Source of the DNA: Candidatus Rifleibacteriota bacterium
GTDB lineage: Bacteria; Muiribacteriota; Ozemobacteria; Ozemobacterales; Ozemobacteraceae
DNA: 33,495 bases
Reading direction: 5' to 3'
Assembly: GCA_051747585.1 (NCBI GenBank)
Contig: JBNJGH010000021.1
Span: forward strand, 9,243 to 42,737
Under the pieces are notes generated by a model. The model was not told where the DNA came from. It saw nothing but the letters and a program-made list of their open reading frames with translations, and ran no database searches. A program made the translations under genes and the position numbers. Shown here in pieces: positions 19,093-27,013 of the stretch (position 1 is its first letter; every line of letters begins with the position of its first letter).

Positions 19093-20487
19093 TTATTTTT
19101 CCGCTTCGAGATGAGTTTTACCGCCCATATAAGGTTGAAGCACTTCAGGAATAGCTATTCTGCCATTCTCATCCTGATAGTTTTCGAGTATTGCCAGCCA
19201 GGTTCTGCCGACTGCCAGGCCTGAACCATTCAAGGTATGCACCAGAGCAGGTTTGGCTTTTTTCTCGTTGCCTTTGAATCTAATCGACGCACGGCGAGCC
19301 TGAAAATCTTCGAAATTACTGCATGAACTGATTTCACGATAGCAATTTTGTGAAGGCAGCCAAACTTCGATATCGTAAGTTTTAGCGGCAGAAAAACCCA
19401 TGTCGCCAGTGCTTAAAACAACAGTTCTATAAGGCAATTCAAGTAATTTTAGAATTTTTTCTGCATCTGACAGCAAACGTTCAAGTTCTTCGTAAGATTT
19501 TTCGGGTTTGCAGAATTTAACCAGTTCAACTTTATCGAATTGATGTTGCCTGATCAAACCTCGCGTATCTCGGCCATAGCTGCCGGCCTCACTTCTGAAA
19601 CATGGGGTGTAAGCAGTAAGACTTAAAGTAAGATCTGATTCGGGAATAATTTCGCCGGCAAAATGGTTCGTCAAAGGAACTTCGGCAGTAGGAATCAAAT
19701 AGTAATCTGTATCTTTAAGCTTAAAGAGGTCCTGCTCGAATTTTGGCAGCTGGCCGGTGCCCAACAAAGAGTTGGAGTTAACCATAAAGGGGGGCAACAT
19801 TTCTCTATAACCATGCTCCTGGGTGTGAATATCGAGCATAAAATTAATCAATGCTCTTTCGAGGCGGGCACCCTGCCCTTTTAATATAGAGAACCTCGAG
19901 CCGGTCAATTTAGCAGCCCGATCGAGATCCAGTATATCTAAAGATGTACCAAGATCGACATGATCTTTAACTTCAAAATCGTATTTGCCCGGTTCGCCAA
20001 ATTTTCTAACTTCAACATTTGCGCTTTCGTCAAAACCAAGAGGAGTTGATTCAGCCGGAGTATTTGGAATAGAAAGAAGCAGATCTTTCATTTCGAGGTC
20101 ATATTCTTCGACCTGTTTTTCAAGCTTTTTGATGTTGGCAGAAACTTCTTTCATGCCACTTAACAAGTCATCAGCAGATTCTTTGTTAGCTTTTCGCTTC
20201 CCAACTTCTTTGCTTACTTTGTTTCTTTCGGCTTTTAAGTTTTCAACCTGAAAAATTGCTTCTCTTCTTTTTGTATCGAGATCTTCAATGGGCTGAATTT
20301 TTTCAATTACAACTTCCGAAAATCTATTCAAAAAGGTTTCCATAACCTTGTTGCTATCGGCAGGATCTACACCTGCTTCGGTAATCAACCTGGCATTATT
20401 ACACTCTTTAACAGAGGCTTCACCTCGTTTTATCATCGCCTTTTTAAAATCTTCGGGGTTGCTGCGAATCCATTTTATATCCAGCAT
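19093..20487 (-). CDS. serS: Serine--tRNA ligase
   Basis: [74 protein letters not shown]. Confidence 0.98.
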   Translation of the reverse strand: MLDIKWIRSNPEDFKKAMIKRGEASVKECNNARLITEAGVDPADSNKVMETFLNRFSEVVIEKIQPIEDLDTKRREAIFQVENLKAERNKVSKEVGKRKANKESADDLLSGMKEVSANIKKLEKQVEEYDLEMKDLLLSIPNTPAESTPLGFDESANVEVRKFGEPGKYDFEVKDHVDLGTSLDILDLDRAAKLTGSRFSILKGQGARLERALINFMLDIHTQEHGYREMLPPFMVNSNSLLGTGQLPKFEQDLFKLKDTDYYLIPTAEVPLTNHFAGEIIPESDLTLSLTAYTPCFRSEAGSYGRDTRGLIRQHQFDKVELVKFCKPEKSYEELERLLSDAEKILKLLELPYRTVVLSTGDMGFSAAKTYDIEVWLPSQNCYREISSCSNFEDFQARRASIRFKGNEKKAKPALVHTLNGSGLAVGRTWLAILENYQDENGRIAIPEVLQPYMGGKTHLEAEK

Positions 20488-20526
20488 TGAATAACTTCCT
20501 CCTGTAATTTGCTGTTAACAGCAGTA

Positions 20527-20555
20527 AGAATACAACTTAAGATTGCAGGTTTCAA
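20527..20555 (-). promoter_or_regulatory. Probable sigma-70 promoter for serS
   Basis: Minus strand TTGAAA-N17-TATTCT, about 40 bp upstream of the start. Confidence 0.55.
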
Positions 20556-20579
20556 GAGATAAAAACCGCCAATAACCGC

Positions 20580-21269
20580 TTAAAACAAATCCGGCTGATA
20601 TGCGTCAGACTGTTCTATACATTCGGGGCCATCATTGGCGGGGCTGTTAACAATTTTGTTTGCCGGCCAGAATTCAACAGAAACCTCGTCTGGATTAACA
20701 AGAAAATTTTTCAACTCTGCTAGATCTGTGTCTCTATTGAGCCAGGGTATGATTTTTTCTTCGGGCAAAATTAAAGGCATTCTATGGTGAATATGCCGAA
20801 TTCTCTGGTTAGATGCGGTTGTAATAATAGCGCAGGTGTTGAGCTGTTCTCCATCTGGGCCGTGCCATACTTCCCAAAGGCCGGCAAAATAAAAAGGGGC
20901 ATTTTCTTTGCCGGTAAAATACCAGGGTTGCTTTTCTTTACCTCTGCTTTCCCATTCATAAAAACCAGTAGCGGGAATGATACAACGCCTGTATTTAAAG
21001 GCGTTATTAAACGAGGGTTTTATCGCAACAGTTTCGGCTCTTGCATTAATCGGTGATTTCCCGGCCGAAGGTTCTTTAACGAAAGATGGAATAAGCCCCC
21101 AGAGATAATGGTCGTGAGCATATTGCCCCGTATCTATATCAGAATAAAAACAAAGAACGGGCTGGCCGGGTGCGATATTAAACCGGGGAGCAAAACGGGT
21201 CAGATGCTGTAACCCCAGTATTTTTAAAATACGGTTAAGCCCCCCGGTTAAGGTAAATCTGCCGCACAT
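20580..21269 (-). CDS. SOS response-associated peptidase (SRAP/YedK/HMCES), abasic-site processing
   Basis: MCGRF catalytic N-terminus, RFNIAP, INARAET, RRCIIPATGFYEW, HHRMP. Confidence 0.95.
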   Translation of the reverse strand: MCGRFTLTGGLNRILKILGLQHLTRFAPRFNIAPGQPVLCFYSDIDTGQYAHDHYLWGLIPSFVKEPSAGKSPINARAETVAIKPSFNNAFKYRRCIIPATGFYEWESRGKEKQPWYFTGKENAPFYFAGLWEVWHGPDGEQLNTCAIITTASNQRIRHIHHRMPLILPEEKIIPWLNRDTDLAELKNFLVNPDEVSVEFWPANKIVNSPANDGPECIEQSDAYQPDLF

Positions 21270-21272
21270 GAT

Positions 21273-22562
21273 TTAAAGGTAGGGTCTGGTTAAATTGCCT
21301 TTATAAATTTTATAGGCTTTTAAAGCTTCAGAAATAATCTTTATGCTTCTTCTCATTTTTTCCGGAGAAACGACCAGAGCAACCCTTATCTCATTTTTAC
21401 CCAGCTCGGGATCTTGATAAAAAGCATGCGCGGGTGTAACTGCAACGGTTTCGCCACCCAGATTGAATTTTTCGAGCATAAAATGACAAAATTCATCTAT
21501 ATCTTCAAGTTCGGGAAATTTGATCATAATATAGAAGGCGCCAGCCGGTCTTGGAGCTACAACATTGGGTAGATATTCCTCGATAGCTTCCATGGTTGCA
21601 TCAAGTCTTGTTCTGTAGGTTTCCCGCAAATTTTCCAGGTAATCCGGCTGAGAAAGGACAGCATCATAAGCAGAGGCCACCCCATACTGCAACAAATCAG
21701 AGACACAAGCTACGGTGTGGGCGTTAACCAGAGAAATCTTTTTAACCAGATCGGGTTTCGCGATTGCAAAACCTATTCGAACCCCGCACAAAGAAAAAGA
21801 TTTACTGGCAGAATCTACAACTATAAGCAGATTTTTAAATTTTTCGTTGGTTTCTTCGTCTTCAAAGTTAACCTGCAAAAGGCTGTAAGCTTCTTCATTG
21901 CCCAGAATCATCTCGCGATAAACTTCGTCGCCGATAATAAAAAGATCGTTCTTTAATGCAACTCTGGCAAGCCTTTCTACTTCTTCTTTAGAAAAGATTT
22001 TGCCCGAAGGATTGTTGGGACTGTTAAAAAGAATCGCCTTGGTTTTGGGAGTAATATATTTTTGAATTTCTTCTTCAGATGGTAGAGCAAACCCCTCTTC
22101 GGCTTTTGTGGGAACGGTTTTCAAAACCCCGCCGGCAACAGATAAAAATCCATGATATGGCGAGAAAAAAGGTTCGATTGCAAGTATTTCATCGCCGGGA
22201 TTGCAGATAGCCAGAAAAGCATTGCTCAAAGCATGTGAAGCCCCTACGGTAACCAGCACATTCTCAGTATCAACTACCAGATGGCTGACGCGACGCCGGT
22301 CAAAATAATGGTTCAAGTAACGGGCATAGGTTTCCCTCAGATATTTTTCTCCGATAAAAGGGGCGTAGTTAATCTGCCCGGTAGCAGCCCTTTGATTAAT
22401 GGCCTTGGCGAAATCCGGAATACACTTAATATCGGGCTGACCAATATTGAGTTCATAAACGGTTTTTCCTTCGGCAACCAGCTCTTTAGCTATTGCCATC
22501 ATCTGACGAATCGGGCTTGGTGTCAGGTGTTTAAGTCTATCGGCAAATTTTTCCTCGAACAT
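21273..22562 (-). CDS. PLP-dependent aminotransferase class I/II (aspartate aminotransferase-like)
   Basis: LNIGQPD, NSPNNPSG, GDEVY, DSASKSFSLCGVRIG (PLP lysine), GAFY. Confidence 0.92.
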   Translation of the reverse strand: MFEEKFADRLKHLTPSPIRQMMAIAKELVAEGKTVYELNIGQPDIKCIPDFAKAINQRAATGQINYAPFIGEKYLRETYARYLNHYFDRRRVSHLVVDTENVLVTVGASHALSNAFLAICNPGDEILAIEPFFSPYHGFLSVAGGVLKTVPTKAEEGFALPSEEEIQKYITPKTKAILFNSPNNPSGKIFSKEEVERLARVALKNDLFIIGDEVYREMILGNEEAYSLLQVNFEDEETNEKFKNLLIVVDSASKSFSLCGVRIGFAIAKPDLVKKISLVNAHTVACVSDLLQYGVASAYDAVLSQPDYLENLRETYRTRLDATMEAIEEYLPNVVAPRPAGAFYIMIKFPELEDIDEFCHFMLEKFNLGGETVAVTPAHAFYQDPELGKNEIRVALVVSPEKMRRSIKIISEALKAYKIYKGNLTRPYL

Positions 22563-22659
22563 TTCCTTTTCCTCGTTTCTAATTTTAACTAATCATATAA
22601 TATTTTTTTTTCTGATACAAACTCCAGGCAACCTTTTAGTTTTTCTCAGTCAGCAATTA

Positions 22660-24576
22660 TCAGTCTTCAGCTACAACAATAATTTTATCATCATCCTTGA
22701 ACTTTAACCTCTCGGCCTTGTTAACATTAACTAAAATATCTTCGCCTCTGACGTAGCCTATGGCAATTTCTTTTTTTATTCTAGCTGCTTCAAGAACAGA
22801 ATAGAAATTCATGTCAACACCTGTTTTAACATAGTCTGAAATCGGCTTGATGTAAATTTCACTGGCCTCAGGCGTCAACAGAATATCAAATAATCGTTTA
22901 AGCCGGCCATTCTTACCAAGCTGTGCAATAATTCTACCGACTATTTCATCTGATACGACAAAATCGCCAAGCCGGGCAGCGAATGCTACATCTGCAGACT
23001 CCTTGGCAAGAAGCTGACTGGTGATTTCCAGGTTGATACAACGATCATTGGCAATATCTCTTACGTATACCAGGCACTTAATGGTTAAGGCATCAACTTC
23101 TTCATCTGGAAGTTCATGAGTTATGTCATCAGGTAAAACCAGAATATTGTCATAGTCTTCAAAGGCAAGAGTTTCAAGAAACCCTCGATCGCCTATGTCC
23201 CCACAAAAAAATTCAACATCATAATGCTCAAGGCTACTGCATTTTTTTCTGACTTCTTCTTCGGCATTTGCAAAAGATGATACAAGTGTCAATTTGGAGC
23301 CATCGGTCATGTATTCCTCGAGTTCTTCAAGGACAGTAAATAAATGGGAAGTCCAGCCTAATACCAGATTTCTTTCTGATGTAAGAGAGACGCTATGATC
23401 TCCTTCAAAAATAACAGTTTTATCAGGCTCGGGAAAGTTTCCGTCGCAGGGAATCATAGTCTGATCATTTTCTGTAATCGCAATTATTTCATCATCTTTT
23501 TCACAGATTATATCGCTACCGGGATTAAGCAAAACTTCGCCATTTTTAATTATTCCGATAACACTGCTGGTTTCAAACCCAAACAGTACTTCACCGAATT
23601 TTTTATTGCAAAGACCCGGCATTTCGCTCAATTTTCGAAAATAGATTTCATCGCCATCAAAATCGAACAATTCCTGATAAACATAAGAAAGTTTTTTCTT
23701 TCTGCATGATTGAACCAGAAGCCGCGGCACAATAATATCAGGTACCAGAGTAACCAGATCTATTCCCGAACCCTTTAAAATTATCTCACATATGCGCCGA
23801 TTTTCTGAATTTTTGATCTCAACCACAACATTTAAAGCCACTTTTTCTTCACGGACAATTTTAGCAACCGAGAGAAGAATTTTTATAATATGGCTGTCCG
23901 GATCGTTTTTTTCTTCGGGAGAAAGAATTACAATTGCCTTAGCGTCTTTAAGGTTTACCAGTTCCAGGTCTGTTATTGATATAGGGTTACCAGAACGACA
24001 AACCAGGTTGGTACCACGAAAATCCTCAATTTGCGAGCTAATCTCTTCTTCCATTTCAATCGAATCATGTTTGCTTAAAACTGCTATTGCCTGCCCAGGC
24101 TGAGTTTCGTTGGCTATCGCAATTTCTTCTATAATTCTGTGAATTTTGCTGGACCAACCCAGAATAACCGTGTGACCGGCTTCAGCGACAAACGACCGCC
24201 CGCGCCTTAACTCTTCCATCTTTCCGTCAATTGCTGTTGTGAGAATACCGATAAGGGTGCCGCCCACAAAAAGACCGCCAAAAATGCTCGCCACGCATGC
24301 AGCAAAAAGCAACAACCCTTCTTCTTCCAGAAACTGCGGATCAGGAACAAGTAAAAGCATGAAAACTTTAGCAGTCAGATTAACCAGATTCAGAGATTCA
24401 AAACCAACCAATTTTGCCAGAATTACTGTGCCCAGGGTTATGACAACAAGCATTATCAAACCAACCACAGCAAGCATCAAAAACTGCCCTTTTACCCCTT
24501 TGGCCATAAGGCAATCAAAACGATATCTCAGTCTTTGTTTAAAAGCCAGTGAACTGTTGCTGTCATGATTGTTCAA
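22660..24576 (-). CDS. CASTOR/POLLUX (DMI1)-related putative ion channel with RCK domains
   Basis: RLRYRFD..MAKG, two TM helices, LRRGRSFV.E.GHTVILGWS, VCRSGNP, ELFDFDGDEIYF, ASEIYIKP, AIGY. Start placed at the TTG at 24576, downstream of a GGAGGGG RBS (ORF track begins at 24594). Confidence 0.85.
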   Translation of the reverse strand: MNNHDSNSSLAFKQRLRYRFDCLMAKGVKGQFLMLAVVGLIMLVVITLGTVILAKLVGFESLNLVNLTAKVFMLLLVPDPQFLEEEGLLLFAACVASIFGGLFVGGTLIGILTTAIDGKMEELRRGRSFVAEAGHTVILGWSSKIHRIIEEIAIANETQPGQAIAVLSKHDSIEMEEEISSQIEDFRGTNLVCRSGNPISITDLELVNLKDAKAIVILSPEEKNDPDSHIIKILLSVAKIVREEKVALNVVVEIKNSENRRICEIILKGSGIDLVTLVPDIIVPRLLVQSCRKKKLSYVYQELFDFDGDEIYFRKLSEMPGLCNKKFGEVLFGFETSSVIGIIKNGEVLLNPGSDIICEKDDEIIAITENDQTMIPCDGNFPEPDKTVIFEGDHSVSLTSERNLVLGWTSHLFTVLEELEEYMTDGSKLTLVSSFANAEEEVRKKCSSLEHYDVEFFCGDIGDRGFLETLAFEDYDNILVLPDDITHELPDEEVDALTIKCLVYVRDIANDRCINLEITSQLLAKESADVAFAARLGDFVVSDEIVGRIIAQLGKNGRLKRLFDILLTPEASEIYIKPISDYVKTGVDMNFYSVLEAARIKKEIAIGYVRGEDILVNVNKAERLKFKDDDKIIVVAED

Positions 24577-24765
24577 TAAAAGTTCCCCCTCCAATAATTA
24601 TGGTAAAAAAAATATTCTTTTAAATAATTGCATATAATTTATGCAATAGCTCACTATTGTTATCACAGCCTAAATAACTGGTCAACCACAGCTATTCTCG
24701 GTCAATCATTATTAACTGGTTTGTAAAATTTTGGTTTTATTTATTTAGGGCAAATAAAGAATTTA

Positions 24766-24976
24766 AACCACTGAGGACGCCGAGGGCACAGAGTTGATTT
24801 TTTAATCTTTTTCAGCCATTGTTTCCTTCTTCAGCAAGCCTTCAGAAAAGCACTCGTGTTTTTCTGAAGGCTTGCTGAAGAAGGAAAAGCCGGGCGGTGA
24901 AACCGCCGGCTATTTGTCCACAGGACAAATCCTGGCTGAAAAAGATTCTCTGTGATTCTCTGAGGGCTCTGTGGTT
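24766..24976. repeat. Nested inverted-repeat element (REP/REPIN/MITE-like or structured RNA)
   Basis: 28-bp perfect IR 24822-24849 / 24860-24887; 15-bp perfect IR 24804-24818 / 24933-24947; small hairpins 24888-24911 and 24912-24930; imperfect outer IR AACCAC..CACAGAG / CTCTGTG..GTGGTT. Confidence 0.85.
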
Positions 24977-25074
24977 ATTTTCTTTGTGGCTTTGCAACTT
25001 GGTGTGAGGAATATTCTTTTCGAAAACCAACTGATGGTCGCTGACCGAGAATTGCTGGGGCAAGCATCAGTAAT

Positions 25075-25103
25075 TTGTAGACAACAGTTTAAGATAGTAA
25101 AAT
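25075..25103 (+). promoter_or_regulatory. Possible sigma-70 promoter for polX
   Basis: TTGTAG-N17-TAAAAT about 50 bp upstream of the ATG at 25152. Confidence 0.4.
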
Positions 25104-25151
25104 TACATAACGAGGTGGCAAATGAAAAAACAAAAAATAAGAGGACAAAAA

Positions 25152-26870
25152 ATGAAAAATCGTGAAATTGCTTCTAAGCTTAGAGAAATAGCAGATATCA
25201 TGGAAATGCAGGAAATCAAATGGAAGCCACGAGCCTATAGGAACGCTGCTAACAAGATAGAAACAATGGATAAAAATATCAGCAAAATATATGAGCGGGA
25301 AGGAAAAAAAGGGCTTGAGGATATACCCACCATAGGTAAAAATCTTGCCGAACACATATCTGATTTTATAGATAAAGGAAGCGTAAAGGAATGGGAAGAG
25401 CTTGGAAAAGAAACAAGTAAAGAACTCATCAATTTAAACAAAATAAAAGGACTTGGCCCCAGTAAAGTTAAAAAGCTTTCTAAGGAACTTGAGATCGAAA
25501 ATCTTGATGATCTGAAAAAAGCAATCAAAGAAAAAAAGCTACGGGAAGTTGAAGGATTTGGCAGGAAGACAGAAGAAAACTTAATACAGTCTATTAAACA
25601 GTTTGAAAAAAGCCATGAAAGAATAGGGCTTGGCAAAGCCTGGAAAATTGCGCATGAGATTATTGATTACTTAAAACAAAATAATGACATTGAAAAAATA
25701 GACTATGTCGGTTCTCTAAGAAGAATGAAAGAAACCATTGGAGATGTAGACATTCTGGTTTTCGCAAAAAAACCCGGCGAAGTAATGAATTCTTTCATCA
25801 AAATGAAAAATGTATCCAGAATTTTAGTTAAGGGAAAAACAAAATCTTCAGTAGTACTCGATGAAGGTATAGATGCAGATTTAAGAGTGGTTGCAAAAGA
25901 CAGTTACGGTGCGGCACTGCAATATTTTACCGGAAGCAAAAGCCATAATATCGAATTAAGAAAGCTGGCTCTTAAGAAGGGCTGTAAACTTTCAGAATAT
26001 GGCCTGTTCAACAAAAAAACTGACGAAAAAATTGCAGGGGCTAACGAAGAAGATATATACGAAAGTCTCGGGCTTCAATGGATTCCACCGGAATTGCGAG
26101 AAAACAAGGGTGAGATAGAGCAGGCAAAGGAAGATAAATTGCCAGAATTGATTGAATTAAAGGCTGTAAAAGGCGATTTGCATATGCACACAAAATACAG
26201 CGACGGGTTTGATTCAATAAAAAACATGGCAAAAAAAGCCAGGGAACGAAAATACGAATATATTGCGATAACTGATCATTCCAAAACCGAAAGAATAGCC
26301 AAAGGATTGAAAGAAAGACAGATAAAACAACAATGGCAAGAGATAGAAAGAATCCAGAATTCCGAAAGCATAAAAATATTAAAAGGAGCCGAAGTTGACA
26401 TCTTGCCCGATGGAAATCTCGACTATAATGAAGAAATATTGCGTGAACTGGATATTGTTCTTGTCTCAGTGCACTCCCGTTTCAATTCAAGCAAAAAAGA
26501 GATGACGGAAAGAATATTAAAAGCTCTCGATAATGAACATGTTAACATTCTGGCCCACCCTACGGGCAGAATGATCAATAAACGGCAAGGTTATAATGCA
26601 GATTTTGATAAAATATTCAAGAAGTGTAAACAAAAGAATATTGCTGTTGAGATAAATTGTCATCCCGCACGTCTTGATCTGAATGATAAATTCATTCGGG
26701 CTGCCAAAAAACACAATATCAAATTCAGTTTCGGCACAGATGCACATTCTACCGGTTCTCTTGACAATTTAAGATTTGGCGTGGGAACAGCAAGAAGAGC
26801 CGGCCTTGAAAAAAAGGATTTGATCAACACTCTCAGCTATAAAAAACTCAAAAATTTTTTAAAGAAATAA
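25152..26870 (+). CDS. polX: DNA polymerase X with PHP exonuclease domain
   Basis: RAYRNAA, HhH IPTIGK and IKGLGP, GSLRRMKETIGDVDIL (DxD), DLRVV, YFTGSKSHN, LSEYGLF, PPELRE; PHP motifs GDLHMHT..SDG, TDHS, HPTGR, TDAH. Start at ATG 25152 after a GAGGA RBS. Confidence 0.95.
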   Translation: MKNREIASKLREIADIMEMQEIKWKPRAYRNAANKIETMDKNISKIYEREGKKGLEDIPTIGKNLAEHISDFIDKGSVKEWEELGKETSKELINLNKIKGLGPSKVKKLSKELEIENLDDLKKAIKEKKLREVEGFGRKTEENLIQSIKQFEKSHERIGLGKAWKIAHEIIDYLKQNNDIEKIDYVGSLRRMKETIGDVDILVFAKKPGEVMNSFIKMKNVSRILVKGKTKSSVVLDEGIDADLRVVAKDSYGAALQYFTGSKSHNIELRKLALKKGCKLSEYGLFNKKTDEKIAGANEEDIYESLGLQWIPPELRENKGEIEQAKEDKLPELIELKAVKGDLHMHTKYSDGFDSIKNMAKKARERKYEYIAITDHSKTERIAKGLKERQIKQQWQEIERIQNSESIKILKGAEVDILPDGNLDYNEEILRELDIVLVSVHSRFNSSKKEMTERILKALDNEHVNILAHPTGRMINKRQGYNADFDKIFKKCKQKNIAVEINCHPARLDLNDKFIRAAKKHNIKFSFGTDAHSTGSLDNLRFGVGTARRAGLEKKDLINTLSYKKLKNFLKK

Positions 26871-26900
26871 TGCTTTATTTCATAATCTACGATTATGCAT

Positions 26901-26928
26901 TGGTGGTTTCGACTCCGCTCAACCACCA
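26901..26928. repeat. REP-like palindrome TGGTGGTT-TCGACTCCGCTC-AACCACCA
   Basis: 8-bp perfect stem around TCGACTCCGCTC, lying between the convergent polX and DUF4340 genes. Confidence 0.6.
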
Positions 26929-27013
26929 GAGCAAAACAATCGCACAGGGACTACAACATATGTCATTGGCAGGAGTGATTTTGCTTCGCTTTGCTTTTAA
27001 TTATTCAGATCGA

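Noticed and set aside
20488..20579. T-box leader upstream of serS
   Set aside because: Only 92 bp long, with no T-box GGTGGNACC consensus or stem I; the GCTGTTAACAGC palindrome alone is not enough.
24822..24911. SRP RNA, 6S RNA, tmRNA or RNase P identity for the structured element
   Set aside because: No SRP helix-8 CAGG-GNRA-AGCA motif, no tRNA-like ends and no RNase P P4 consensus; a perfect 28-bp stem is unlike these RNAs.
25020..25071. CTGATG / GAAA as a hammerhead ribozyme or fluoride riboswitch
   Set aside because: The core reads CTGATGG, not CTGANGA with a correctly placed GAAA, and there is no GATGG..TTC..CC fluoride P1 stem.
24842..25165. Short ORFs 24842-25063 (-) and 24971-25165 (+)
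   Set aside because: They run through the palindromic element, lack a clear RBS and resemble no protein family.
22660..27000. Prophage, defence island or autonomous transposon
   Set aside because: No integrase, transposase, phage structural gene or recognisable defence gene, and no att-like direct repeats seen.
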